DNA of 64,000 bases from Haliotis cracherodii. Its lineage: Eukaryota. Below, in pieces: positions 36,797-50,978 of the stretch. The position numbers and the translations under genes are program-made. The stretch covers positions 51,522,001-51,586,000 of the forward strand of contig NW_027266286.1 in the NCBI RefSeq assembly GCF_022045235.1, written 5' to 3'. The stretch's first letter is position 1. The number at the start of each line of letters is the position of its first letter. Under the pieces are notes generated by a model. It was not told the origin of the DNA and made no database searches. It worked only from the letters and a program-made list of their open reading frames with translations.

Positions 36797-38022
36797 GATT
36801 GTCGGTGTTGGTCTTATTGAGTTTTAGTTTTTCTATTTGACAAAGAAACCAATACGAAAACAGTTTGTACGTGTCTGTTTACAATCGTTGTATTTTGAGT
36901 GAAATCAAATAGATGCATAATATATGATATAGCCGTATATCTTAACAGTTTCATGTTTATATGTATGTGGAAATAACACGACATTATGTATGTTAAAATA
37001 TGTTCCCCTAAGATGAGAGATATTTATCATGTAACATAGTGACCAACTTGCACCTTCTCATTCCAAACAGGGGTTGTGAAGGATTTGGAATTGAAAGGCT
37101 TATCAACAAGAGTTATGCAAGTATTTCAATAAAATGACCATCATCAGAATTTTAATTCATTATTCTAGAGTCAAGCCTTCATCTAACTAGTCATCTAACT
37201 AATAAATTCTCACCATTTTCGAGATTTTAGTTGTATCATTCTTTTATCCTTTTCTTGTCAGCAGTCAGCAGTCGGCTTGATACACCGAGTTCTTAAAATA
37301 TCAGATAGATTGAATAATGTTTCTAACGGAGAGCAACAAGAAACTATTAATCAATATCTACAGATATGTAGGTAAGCTTAAAGACAGCCATATGACACGA
37401 GAGTGTAAATAAATAATCAACTCCATAACAATTCTGATGGTTTGTATTCATTTGATTCTCACAATATATAGGTGTTGTCAAGCGAGAATGTTTTGGTATA
37501 GTAAATATCCTGTATTAGGAAAAAGGCATTTTATTTAGTGAACCTTGTCGATCTGATATGGAAATAAACTGTTTCGCAATTTGTACCTCCAAAGTTGCGC
37601 AAACTTGTATAATGACCCGGCGTCGTATATGTTAGACACTAATCGCTGGTACCTTTGACTATTATTTGGATAATGGTAACAATTCTTCCAGCAATTTGTC
37701 CAGATCCCCTATGGTTAATTCTGACTCGATAGGCGATAGACAATGGATTTTATGTTTGCATATTTATCCGTATATGACCCAATCGGATTTTATCCGTTGG
37801 CCTTATCTTGCCGAAAAAAACATCCATTATATGGTATTCCGTAGGGGATATACATGTACACCAATGTCTGGCAATGAAAGTAAGTGATTTACGAAGACAT
37901 CAAGCTCCCAAACAGAACATTGTGACAGCCATGAAGCACATGACTCCGGAGAGCACGTGCAAGGGGTCGTTTGCCCGATTTATCATGTTCACTTAGATTC
38001 GGTAGACTGTCAGTTTTACCTA

Positions 38023-38230
38023 AAGTCATGGCGATGCATACTATAGAAATGATCCCTAAAAGTATGATCTTAAGAAGTCATGGCGATGCATACTATAGAA
38101 ATGATCCCTAAAAGTATGATCTTAAGAAGTCATGGCGATGCATACTATAGAAATGATCCCTAAAAGTATGATCTTAAGAAGTCATGGCGATGCATACTAT
38201 AGAAATGATCCCTAAAAGTATGATCTTAAG
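38023..38230. repeat. Tandem repeat, 4 x 52 bp
   Basis: AAGTCATGGCGATGCATACTATAGAAATGATCCCTAAAAGTATGATCTTAAG repeated four times without spacers. Confidence 0.97.
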
Positions 38231-39000
38231 AATTTGTTATATTCTCATGGCTTCGGACATGTGTGGGAATTTCAAGGTGCTGGTGACCCTGAATATGTGA
38301 TAAGTGAGTTTATACTGAGGGCTGAGGTCATGCACAAACATGGTATTCTGAAGTGTCTGGATGCTCGAAATTAGAACTGTATTCATTATAAAGACATCAT
38401 TATCACTTGAACCGTACCTATTAAATGTATCATCAAAATGCTTACCCTTTTACGTATTGGAGAACTGGGAATTATGCATAACACAGGAAGGAGGGATGGC
38501 ATCGTTAAGACACTCCGGTTTTGTCCATTGTGCCAGTTAAAGGCAGTTGAAAATGAAATTCATTTCATTCTTGTTTGCCCTATTTATGAAGATAAATAGA
38601 CACTTTATTAAACACATTTAATCATTAAGGAAGCAACAACATTGATCCTGCGACGTTTGCAACGCGCTGAACGTTAACATTTGTGGGTTTCACCGAAGTG
38701 GTAAACGTCTGAGACCTGCATCACTTGGGGCTTTCTTCCCACATTAAGCTGGCACGCCGGGATATAACTGGAATACTGTTAAAAGCGGCGTTAAACCCAA
38801 CCCAATTATTGTCTGCTAGTTTTTCCGACCATCTTTATAAAGCATTTTTAACATTGAGCTTGGGTAAACAAATATTACATTGATTGTATATGATATGCTG
38901 GACTCAAATTTGGTGTACTTTATACTTCCAGTTTATACATTTAGCTGACTGTTTACCTTCTGTTCATGAGAACAACTTTCTCAATTTGAAATCATTCATA

Positions 39001-39952
39001 TACTCTTAAAAAAAGAAACGCAAAGCCAGATTTGTGTGAGGTAGGAACATACATTTATACGAGGAACCGTACAAGGTATTGAGCCAAAATCTTGTGGTGA
39101 GAACACTGGGTGATTGTAGTAATATCAGTTATCGGTACATAGGACAATTCCAAGGTGAAGGTGAGCTATCATCAATAACGCGTATGTCCCAAGTTGGAAT
39201 CGATAGCGATCTGCCATCTCCTGCCTATGGAAGAGACGAGTATGCGAATCACATCCTGGTGAATGGTAGCCCACTCGGCCTGCAACGCCAACGCCAACTG
39301 CTGCAACGTCTGGGGTTATGCTTGACGGCGACGTAGCCGTCTATCCGATTCATCCCACACGTGCTCTATCGGGTTCAAATCTGGGGATCTGGAGGGCCAG
39401 GGGAGAACATCAACGTGGTTGTTGTGTGGATAGGCTCTTATGATCCGTGCTGTATAGTATTTGGGATGCGGTTGAGGTGGCTGTGGTCGTAGATGGCGCA
39501 GTCTGATGTAGCGATCTTGGGCGGGGGTAGTTACTCTTGGTCGTACTGACCTTGGCCGATCACGTGTTGACCCATGCTGTTGAAACCGATCCCATAGCCT
39601 TGTGTTTGTGCTGGGAGCTACATTAAAAATCCCTGGCTACAGCTTATCGGGACTTCCTTGACGTTAGATACCAGGCAAACAAAAACTCTGCACTTAAATA
39701 CCGTTAATAGTGCTGCTGCAAGTGCAGTGCGTGCAGTTCCATGGCCCTTTTGTTAATGCACTGGGAGCATTTTTCCGAATCGGACGTGTTTCCCGACTAA
39801 AGGTTTGCATGTCCTTGTTGTGATCATTTTGATTCGAGCAATTTGCCACTGACACTGTAACACATTAAACCTCTTTAGTTTGCACCTCTTGGTCCGCTAA
39901 TTTTGCGTTTATGGCCAAAATATCCGTATTGCGTTTCTTCTTTTTGAGAGTA
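39001..39952 (-). mobile_element. Internally deleted Tc1/mariner copy, same family as 14726-15985
   Basis: Same TIRs with TA flanks; WPSRSPDLNPIEHVWD remnant. Confidence 0.9.
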
Positions 39953-40454
39953 TATTTACCCGTCTTCTCCACGGACCAAGCACAGTTTTCCATTGAACAA
40001 TATATTCGGTGGTTCCCCGTCGTTGTCACCACTTGTTGCCTTATTTGGAGTACATTTCCCAACCACAGGGAAACATCTACACCCTTGGCTCTGAATGATG
40101 TATATTAGAGCATCGTCATTAGATCCCCATGTAGCAGCACCGTACATGATAATAGGTAAGACAGTGTAGTTTTATAACTTTGTAAAAACTTGAAACAACG
40201 TACCACCAATTGCGTAACTCCTAGCAATCAAGAAACCTAATGCTCTGCTGGCAGACTGAGCTACCGCTTCGGCTGTAATACCGTAATCTAGGAGGCCTAA
40301 GTAAGTACACCTTCCAAATTACCACAGCTTAAAATATAAAGGGAACGAGAGGCTGACGGAATACGAAAGTGTTTAGATTTATCAGCGTTTTCTTGCATGT
40401 TGACATCTACACATCATCTTCCAAGGTAATCGAGCAGGTTAATGTTTCCAACGG

Positions 40455-40720
40455 AGTGAGTGAGTTGAGTTTAACGCCGCTTTTAACAGTATTCCAGTTA
40501 TGTCAGCTTAATGTGGGAGGAAAGCCCGAAGTGATGCAGGTCTCAGACGTTTGCCACTTCGGCGAAACCCACAAGCACGGGTATTGTGCTGACAAACCTA
40601 GAAACATAATCGGGGCGAACCGCGATTCGAACCCACAATCATAGGTTTCTGGCGTGCCCAAGGGACGCAACTCACGGGGCGAATCACGGGGCCTTAGACG
40701 ACTGGGCCACCCGTGCCCCT
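40455..40720 (-). mobile_element. tRNA-derived SINE, family 4, intact
   Basis: Reverse complement of 16952-17165 joined to 18873-18920. Confidence 0.85.
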
Positions 40721-41854
40721 GTTTCCAATGGAGCCCATATCAGTTGCATCTATCTCTATCAGTTACCGGTAACTGCAGTTATAGTGCAAGGTGCATACAG
40801 GGGTTGTAGCGACACCTGTTCTTTTTGATATTCTTGGGCCATAGTCGTCTACTACCACTCTAAATGTATAAACCACTGCACTACGTAAGTAAAAGGTATA
40901 TAATGATTTCATTGTTGTTTCAACGTCCATTTAAGTAATTCTTAAAGTGTCATTTTGAAGAGATTTTTGTCACCTCTTTTTAGCAACAGTGTGTAAGAAA
41001 TTCTCTTCCAAGTTGTTCAGTTTTTCATTATTTCGTTTATTGTCCTATGATACCATTTATTATTGAATATGAAATGAATGTTCACAATATGATTAAGAAA
41101 TGAATACAAACGACATCAAGTGTATAAGACTTTAAACGGCTTTCTGGAAACTTTATGAAAACTATTTTTATTTGGGGGTTAGTGCATAACCGCATTTAAC
41201 CCATATATATCACTAAACGAATCCCCGTTAGATAGCCTTTTTGATTACAACCCGCTGAGTTTTGAAATATACGTACGACATTAAAGAGATTTTATAACAA
41301 CGTGTGTATTTCAACGAGCGATAGCTATAGATTTTCATCTCAAGGTGCAACCTGGCATTAAAGTGCGCAAGTGTCTCCAAGGCCGATTGTAAGAAACGTT
41401 AAGATGCCGATTCTAAACTTATGTTCATAATAGCGTTTATATACACAAACACAACCAGGTTAGAAACTTCTGCATTCAACTAAAACCTAGCTTGATTAAG
41501 GTGAGGGGAGCCCGCGAGAAGAGCCATGTCATCGAGCCATGTCGTGTTGGCTGTGTATTTCATACGGGTAAGCAGGTGGTTTATCTGTTATGAAACTGGT
41601 TCTAATTACCGTAAAGCTACACCATATGCTCAGTTCGGAGAACGAAGATTCACGACATGAGATTGCAGAGGACGACATTTCTTTCATTTACAACACGAAG
41701 TTCAAGGTGGTAAGTAGTACACTCTATTTCAAACGTTTTTGTTCGCAAGTTCTGCGATACATCACAGGCAACTGCAAATACTCATTGACTTGACATATTC
41801 AAGTAACATAGCATTAATGGAGTAAGATCAAAGAAGTATGAACCAAAGTTTGGA

Positions 41855-42700
41855 GTGCTTCAAGGCTCTGTCCTTGGCCCAATACTTTTCACCATCTACA
41901 CCCTACCAGTAGGAGATATAGCAAGATCTCACAATCTAAACTTCCATATGTATGCTGATGAAACACAATTGTATCTGGGATTCAGACCTTTGACTACATC
42001 ATCAATCAGCGCTGCCTTTAAAGCAATCTCAAGCTGCATAGATGACAACAGATGCTGGATGAGAAGAAACTTTCTCAAACTTAATGATGACAAAACTGAG
42101 CTCTTGGTCATCAGCTCTAAACAGATGCAGTGCAAAGTACGAGTTCCTGGTTTGAGAATTGGGGACTATACGGTTGAGCAAAACTCTTGTGCCCGAAATC
42201 TAGGTGTGATCATTGACTCAACACTCATTCTGGATAACCATATAAGCAGTATGTGCAAGACAGCTTACTTTCATATCAGGAACATCAGACAGATAGCAAA
42301 ATATGTAGACACAGCATCAGTCAAGTGCCTAGTCAATGCATTTGTAACATCAAGATTTGACTATTGTAATAGTCTTCTGTATATGGTATCCAGCAACATC
42401 ATCTGGATAGACGTGTGCAGATTCATCACACGGAAGTCAATGCGTGAACATATACACCCGTCCTGAAAGAGTTGCACTGGCTCCCTGCGAGACTCAGGAT
42501 CGCGTTCAAGCTGATCATGTTTGTCTACAAATCGATCCACTGCCCTTTACCAACCTGGACGAACACTGAGATCTGCAAACCTGTTCCATCAACCATCAGA
42601 ACAACATATAGGGACAGAACCTTCCGAAAAGCAGGTGCAACTCTATGGAATGCACTGCCCATTAATGTCAGGGGATCTGAAGATGTCAACACATACATGT
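41855..42700 (+). mobile_element. L2/CR1-group LINE reverse transcriptase 3' fragment
   Basis: QGSVLGPILFTIY, YADETQLY, LKLNDDKTE, RNLGV, SRFDYCNSLL, LHWLP. Confidence 0.9.
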
Positions 42701-44178
42701 AGTCAACTTTATTTACAAACATTACTTTATGAGAAATACTGTTTAGAAATGTCTTGACTTTGGGTTGAAATACTGTCTTATACACGTGCGGATGAAATTC
42801 ACTGGGGAATGTTGCACTTTTAATATAACGTGAACAAAATTAATATAAACAATGGTCAATTTGTTTAATCATCATGCGACAGTAACATTTTACATTTAAG
42901 GATTGACTGTGTATTTTTTTCAGTTTATTGAGATATGAATCGAAAAACCGATGTGATTCTTTAATTTATTCACATATCTTGACACGCCCACAAAGTCAGT
43001 AGCCAATTAACGGAGAGTAGAATAAAAACACAGTTCATTGGACCTGTCAATCAAGGCCGGAGGCGAGAAGAACTGCAACAATCAGACTGTAACGAATCGG
43101 AACAAATATGTCCGGGAGAAGGCGGCTGTTTCAAATGCCATGGTCAGTTGTCGCCAGATTCGAACATTAATTCCCTGAGAACGGGAAGATACAGTTGGAA
43201 ATGAAACCTGAAGACATGAAAGTGGAAACGAGGCGAGCGGGGAAAAAACAGTCGAGGGAGCCCGAACGTTTGCTGTTTCATTCCTTCTCGGCTTTCGATC
43301 TCAAAGGGTTGTTTGGACAATGACTATGCATGAATTTCGCTAAATGTCTTGTGCATGACGTTACTCATGAGCAGAAAGGGAATCCCTCGTCTGTAATATT
43401 GGGATTCCCCGACATTACGCAGTAATAAAAGTAGTCCGCCTCGGTGGGCGTGGCTTAATTTTTTACATTCATTGAGAAATGAATGCAATAACACGTGACC
43501 AATTCAGCTGATCAGAATATAGGAATTTCAATTTAATTATTACATTATGCGGTGGTAAATACCTCCATTCATCGCATCTCTGTTAACTTGTTTTACATGT
43601 GCACATTTCCATACATTTCCGTGGTTTATTAGACAATAAAATATGCTCGATCAAATTGGACAGAACAAAATAAACGTCTTACAGCATAAGAGCTTGTAGC
43701 CTGGTTGCCATTCCAAGTAGTTTGTGTAAGTGAGTACAACTCGGCCACCTGTCACGGCATCCCTTGAACAATCGATTTCGTGTCAGATAAACAAGTGCCG
43801 TCATCTACAATGACACCATCAACAGGGAACCGCACTGACACGATCCTCATGCCAGACTTCCTATCTCCTCATCAGCTAGATAGGGTTATATTCACTTTGC
43901 CTGTACCTTTCAAAGTGCTAATCCTAACAGTGTATGTTGAAGCTTGTGCGTGCGTGCGTGCTCTGAAGGGTCTAAAAAATCCAAGGGTAAAGTGTATGAT
44001 CTGCTGGATAAAAGCTTTTAAATGCCTGATACAGCGAGGTTGATACACCGAACTTTTTTTTTGTAATCACTTAAATGCAAGGCTTGGTTGATAAGTTGAA
44101 GTTGTAAGTCAGCAATAGAGGAAAATACAATGAACACATTTTATCATTCAGACATGAGTGAACATTTTCAAGTTATCA

Positions 44179-44555
44179 TCGCCTCTTTGGTCTAATTGTA
44201 GAGCGTCCCCCAGAGAGCGAAGGTCCGGGGTTCGATCCCCGGCCTCGTCATACCGGAAGACCTTAAAAGATGGCACTTGTTGTTACCCTGTCTGGCGCTC
44301 GGCTTTGAGGGGATAAAACAAGGACTTGTCGGCTCGGAGTCGGTATACTGTGTCTGAGTGGGGTATACATGTTAAACTGCGGCATGGTATCTCAGTGGGC
44401 TAGCACTATAAATCACACACACACACACCAACACTCACACACACACGCACACGCACACGCACACGCACACGCACGCACGCACACATACGTGCATGAACGT
44501 CGCTAGATGAGTGCAATAACGTTAACGCGACGTTAAACCCCATTTCACCTCACCT
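44179..44555 (+). mobile_element. tRNA-derived SINE, family 2
   Basis: Colinear with 13676-14031, including the CA-rich tract and CACCT tail. Confidence 0.85.
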
Positions 44556-45656
44556 TTTCAAGGTGTCGTTGAAAACTATCTTCAATGGAATGGATAATGT
44601 GTTACAGATGTTGCAGATAGACAGAACGCGAAGCAGAATCTGGATAATACACATACCAAATATACATTAACGTCCCCTCTGTTGTATTATAAATTGATAT
44701 TAAGCACGATGAGTATTTCTAGATTAGTTCTTAGCCACGGTTGGGCTGGATACGCCCATCTTTTCGCGAACACATTTTGTATCATCACAATTTGATGGTC
44801 ATGTGGTCGGACTTGTACATCGACTACGCTTTTGGCAGATATTTCTTATGGATATGGAAAAAAGCTTTTGGTCGCTTTTATTTACAGAGTCAGATTTACC
44901 TTTTTACTTCGGAATATAAGTCAATAAGATTCGACAGCAGTCTGATTTGACAATAATGACATAATGTCTTGTACATAGGAGATAAATCCACTGTGTTTTC
45001 AACGTAGAGCTACGTCACCTGTTGATTTAACCGCACTAAATTGAATTTGAAACCTCACGCTGCGTGTTCGGATCCAAATGTTAAATTTAGACGCTGTTAA
45101 TTCTACAGGTAACCAAGCTCTACATTGAAAACACAGCAGGTTTTTCTCAATTCTACTATGACTAAAAAAACGCGAACTCTTTGGTGTTAGCAAATACATT
45201 GAGTGAAGCGGCATGGGTTGAGTTCAGTGTTTTGATTGTTTTGTCGATCAGAATTAAAGCCTTAAACAGAATATGGGACTCCATATGCTCAAACACGTTG
45301 TTTATACCGTAATTCTTCACTGGAACTTATGACAGGAACTTAAAGGATGTAGCACGGCAACTTCGTAAACTAACATGACGTGGGTACTCCTCAAGAAACT
45401 AAGCAAACCCTGCAACGGTTTCGTTCTACACCGCACGGCACTATTATTCAATTCGGCTGTTTCAATCAGAGGAGGTTTATTGTGATTTGATACCTCTCAC
45501 TGACCAATCGGAATCGAATAGTCCCAAACGTCATGGTAGAATAATAGTTTACCAGACTAGTATAAGGTACTAATAGTCGTCCAATGCAATTTACATATAA
45601 AGTATAATAACAATGATATGAAAAATATTTGCTATTTGTTTTCCAGAGCTGGCGCC

Positions 45657-47373
45657 ATGGTTTCACTGAAGTTGATGTTCGTAATGGCGTTATTAATTAT
45701 AATAACATCGTGTGTCGTTCTTTCTAAATACATGTACATCTCGCCAAGCCTGTTTAGCGATACATCTGGCAACAACGAACAGTATAATCTAGGAATCAAT
45801 ATTTCTTCATATAAAAACATCCCACCATTCAATCAGCATTCAATTGCAAGCATCCTGTCACATTTATTGACAGGGCACTGGAAAATACGACCTCTGACGA
45901 AAACGGAAGACGAACAAATATCAAAATTTCTTTCGGACACAAATGCACGATACCGTTTCCCTACGAATTATCAAAGGACTGACGGTCTCTGTGGAAATGT
46001 TACCCACATCAAATCTAAAGCTGCTGAGTGGATAAGGGCCTTGTGTGATCCGAAAGGAACAACTCCTTGCTGCTTCAACAACAAATGTGCTTTGAAGTCT
46101 GTGGAGGAATGCGTGTGTCCTGATTGTTATGATATGAGGAACCAGAAACATGCTGAATATTCCACCTGGATACCATCAGACACGAAATACGTCTACAAGG
46201 AACACAGCCCCGAAGAAGCTTGTAGCATCCTCAACGGTAGCACGATTCTGTTTGTTGGGGATTCTCTGGTTCGTCATGTGTACACGGCTATGCTGCTTGT
46301 TGTTACAGGAAATATGAAAGATGGAGCTATGAAGGATGATGTACCACAGGGTGAGTTCAAATGGTTCAATGCGTTCAACTTGCAGAATATTTTCCTGATT
46401 TTGAATGTGAATAAATGAACGAAGAACTGGTTTGTGATAGAAGAGCATTTAATACATATGCACAGTTATGTCAATGTCAAAATGGAAGGAAACACTCGAA
46501 TAGACATACATTTATAGTAATATCAATATCAACATAGTACAGAAGTGCTTGTTTAATATGATCATTATTTTGAGAATGTTACAGTGTAAGTCCCCAATAT
46601 AAGATAATATAAGCCTTCGTTTCGTATGTCTTGTTACCGTAACAACAGTATCACGTCTAACTGCTATGTGCTTGTTAGACTGATACAGATGTATTCAGAA
46701 AGATGTTAAAGTAGAAGCAGTCCATTCACAACCACTTTATTAATCATTGAATAATTAGTAATGTAGATTATTTGCCTTGACATTTATAAGTATTTTAGAA
46801 AAAGCCTTTGTTTGTCTTTCAGATATTAGAAACACGTGTACCAGAATGTACATGTTCACAGAAAAAGTATGTCGACTGCATCTGAAGTTTGGGCTTCGTG
46901 CTTGCAATGGCACAGTTAACCTGGAACTGAAATACTTCTTCTATGCGAGTTATGGCCCACAGTTGAAACAAAGTGTTGAGAAATTAAATAGCAAGTCATT
47001 ACTTTTTACTGGCATTGGTATTCACAGTCATTATGACCATAAAGTCATTCAAAAGAAGTTTTTGTTACCAACACTCAAGTACATAGAGAACAATACGAGA
47101 CCCTGGCCAAAAGTTATGTGGGCAGCTAGTCATGCCCCTGGTATCATGAAGTCCCCAATGGTGTCGTCCCAGTCTTATGGCAGTGTTAAACGCTTCAATG
47201 ACAACATGGATCCTTTCCTCAGATCTTGGAAAGTTCCTGTTTTCAATACTTTCAACATGACTGATGGAATGGCGAGTTTTGATGGTGAGCACTACGGACT
47301 TGGGATGAATGTAGTGAAAGCAAATCTACTTCTGAGTTACCTAAATGAATTGAAAAATAGGGGATTGTGGTGA
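45657..47373 (+). CDS. Type II membrane Cys-rich/SGNH-fold protein, copy 2; exons 45657-46350 and 46823-47373, 414 aa
   Basis: Paralog of 35135-36796. Kozak GCCATGG follows the acceptor TTCCAG; phase-1 GTGAGT...TTTCAG intron; GDS and DGEH are intact. Confidence 0.85.
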
Positions 47374-48729
47374 GTTATTTTGTCGGTGTTCGTCTAATTT
47401 TATTTTATTTAATTTTGTTTGACATAAGAATATGAAGAACCATTTTGCTAGTGGTGAATCTTATGGTTGAGTTTTGATCAGTGGTTACAATACGTTGCTT
47501 CAGAAGATCGACAGTCGTGTGACTGCGAGGGTTGATATGTAGCAGCACGAGCATTATGTGAAAATATAATACAGTATTAATGCACATTCACACGTCATAT
47601 TTAGAATTGGCGGCTATAAAACATTTCGACAGAGTAATTACAAGAAGTTTAAGAAACACTGAGTTATGAAAACCCGTGAGCGTTTTAAATATATTTTTTA
47701 CGTTTTTGTCAAATATAGAATAAAAGCTTCTAAATAAATAAAATTAAGATCTTCATGAAATTCGTAATCAGTTAATCAGTCACAGTGTTTTCATTTCTAT
47801 AATAAGTGAACGTTTGTGCTAATCCATTTAAATACCTTTTTACAATCATGTCAGTTTGGCGTTATTCTCTTGAAAACAAGACGTTGATTCTCGAGATAAA
47901 TCTCTATTTTACTCCGAATGTCGCATTAGGCAACACAATTTGTTTTAATTATTTGTGATCAACGAACGAAACAGGATCTTCTTAGTATCAATTTGTTATT
48001 TCTATTTATTTTATATGTTTGGGTGATCTAAATATATTATAAAGTTAAAAGTCAACCTTAATTACCTGTTCTTGAAGTGAGTGATGGGAAACTAGAAACA
48101 AATATGTTTCAGGTGCCACCTAATATTCTAAAAACAAACAATAAATGTCTTTACATAACGAAAAGATGGTTTGTCATGTTAGGCAGACAGTTACGTATGA
48201 TTATTGTTAGTCAAGAAACAACTTTGGTACTTATGTCACCGGCAATTCTTGATTGCATTATTTCTTGAGAATCTACCATGGTAGAAAACTATTGTATACA
48301 TCTGCTCACTGTACTGTTGCGTTCAGACATGAGGACTCAAATTGCGAGTATATATACTTATGTTTCCTTCAGGAAAACACCCATGTGTACTCAGGGCAAA
48401 TGTTTCAGGGTCATCTGTAACATGGGATTGCAGACATTCTATAAATAAAGACACGTTGGCTGAAAATGAATGTACCAGCGTCAGTTCAAACTTCAATACA
48501 AATCGGTAACATGTAACATCAAAACGTTCATGGCCCCGTCTATATACGATCATCGTGGAAGGAGAAATTGAATCTTCTCTTTTCTGAGAACTTACCAACG
48601 CTGATGTCGTCGGCACCATGGCAAAAACCGCGCCAATGATAGTGGTGGACGAATTGCTGGACATCAAGAACAAAGAGACCAGCAAAAGGCAACCTGCTTC
48701 TTATAGTGGCAACGTGTTTGAAAACACCT

Positions 48730-49450
48730 CAGCTCTAGAAAGTTTACATTTGCGTTTCCTAAAATATCTTTTATCATTAAGAAAATGTACTCCATTTGAA
48801 GACTCAATCTATCAAACATCGTCAAAATGAGTTTTTGGGCAAAATTAATCATCTAAATTATCCTTTCTTGTATACAAGTTGTTATTTAATGATGACTTAT
48901 TTTAAAAATGTAAACATGGATTACATATATCAAACGAACTTTTGATGAACCTGGACTTAGCTACATTTGGTTTTCACCAAGTTTCAAAAATCCCTCATAC
49001 CTAAAACATCAAGTCCATGAAAAAGTAAATGACATTAACCTACAGTGTTGGACCAGTGCAAGGGATAAGTCTTCAACAGGCACAATGTATAGTCTCATCA
49101 AAAATGATTGCCTAAATTTTGAATATTATTTAAACGTACTGCAGGAAAATGAGTGGCGAGTCTTACTTAAGTTTTGAACTTATAATCATAATCTACCAAT
49201 TGAGACTAGGAGATGGAGAAAAATACCTTTAACCGAAAGGAAATGCCAACTTTGCAAATTATCTGACATAGGTGCTGAATTTCATAATTTGTTTATTTGT
49301 CAATTTTTAGAAAACGAAAGAAAACATTTTTTTTACACAGATTCTACTACATTAAACCCAATATGCATAAAATTAATTTACGTTTCAATAATTCACGACT
49401 AGGAACATTGAGAAAACTGTCCAAATTCTGTAATTGTTTAAACGTATCAA
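48730..49450 (+). mobile_element. Decayed LINE 3' end
   Basis: LE.LHLRFLKYLL, NHNLPIET.RW...ERKCQLC...IG.EFH.LF.C remnants. Confidence 0.7.
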
Positions 49451-50897
49451 GTTATTCTCCCTCTTTGTGAATTGCACATATATTGCTACCATAGTAAATC
49501 TGTATAAATATGCATGCATGCTCGACCAAGATGTTTTTGTATATATTCTATACATTATGTTGTTGAAATAATTTTGTATCTCTGATGCCGCTGATAGCGG
49601 CCTGAACGTAAATAAAGTTCAGTTCAGCCACCATAGGTATAATGTACTTATCCATTCAATGATGTGACGTCAGAAGCCTGTTAAGCAGGAAAGGCTTACA
49701 AAGTTTCTACCTTTCTTCTGTGTTGTGACCCACGTAGTTCCAGTGGTTTCTTACCGTTACCACAGTAACACTCGGAGTGACGTCAACACGTGCTCCCAGC
49801 TGACGTTGATTATCACTCCGTTGGAGCATCTCAATACCTCAGACACGAGTTACAGTAAACTGTATTTCAACAGGGCGGCTTAATGTCAGCTTTGCATGAA
49901 TACATAAAGCTAGACTGGTTAGTTAATATATCCGTGTTGTATACATTCCACAAAACATTTGTGCAAATTTAGTAAGAGTGTGGTGTATTTTACTATTATT
50001 TTTGTGGAATCATAATAAAAAGTGGCGTTGCGTGTCTGTCACCTAACTGAATGTCTGCCAGCGCAAGTGACACTTCACAGTGATTATTTATTATGCCTCA
50101 AAGTGAGATTGACCAATCAGACAGCCGAACTACTAACCCCATATGAGCCCGTATACCGTCAGTAAAAATCAAAGATGGTTGTTGCTGATCGAAAATGAGA
50201 CCGTATACCGTCAGTAACAGCAGTCTGGATTTTCCAACACCAATCTCACATATTTCACATGAAAATGCTGGTACAGACATTCGGTATTCGGCACTGTTTT
50301 GGGTTTTAATATCATTAATTGTGATGTGCAAAGACATTATTTTTTAAAGAAACCATGTTCATGACCTTATTAATAAAATTCTGGAGAAAAGAGGCTTACA
50401 GCGGAGGCCACTGATTTACAGATAGACGTCACAGATCATAATATAGGATGGCGATACAAACAACAAAAGTGTCACCAATGACGTCACATAGCAAAAGAAT
50501 AGATAGCAGTCTGTCGTTAGGAAAACGTGGTCTGCTATCAAGTTACAGTAGAACGCCGATTTCTGATAACAAACGGGCATTTTTATGATAATTCTATCCA
50601 TTTCAGCTATAATACTTGTTTAAACATTCACATTTAGTGCTTTCCTTTGTTAACGTTTGTGTTTACATTCAAGCGTTGTATCGAAATCATGTACTGGTCC
50701 TGTCGCTTATACAAGTAGTGTTAACTTTTCGGCATAATAAATTCGTTATGGTGTCTTTAGTTGCCGTGTACGGTGTCATATTAGGTTAGCAGAAAGATAT
50801 ACGGATATACGGCAACTAATGACCTTTACTATAACGTGAATAGAAATATATACCCAATATGGACACTTGCAGCACAATACATGCATACTTGACACGC

Positions 50898-50901
<4 letters not shown>

Positions 50902-50977
<76 letters not shown>
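50902..50977. repeat. (TG)n microsatellite
   Basis: About 38 TG units. Confidence 0.99.

Positions 50978-50978
<1 letters not shown>

Noticed and set aside
38023-38230. Four 52-bp direct repeats as a CRISPR-like array
   Set aside because: Head-to-tail with no spacers, in a eukaryotic context; an ordinary tandem repeat.
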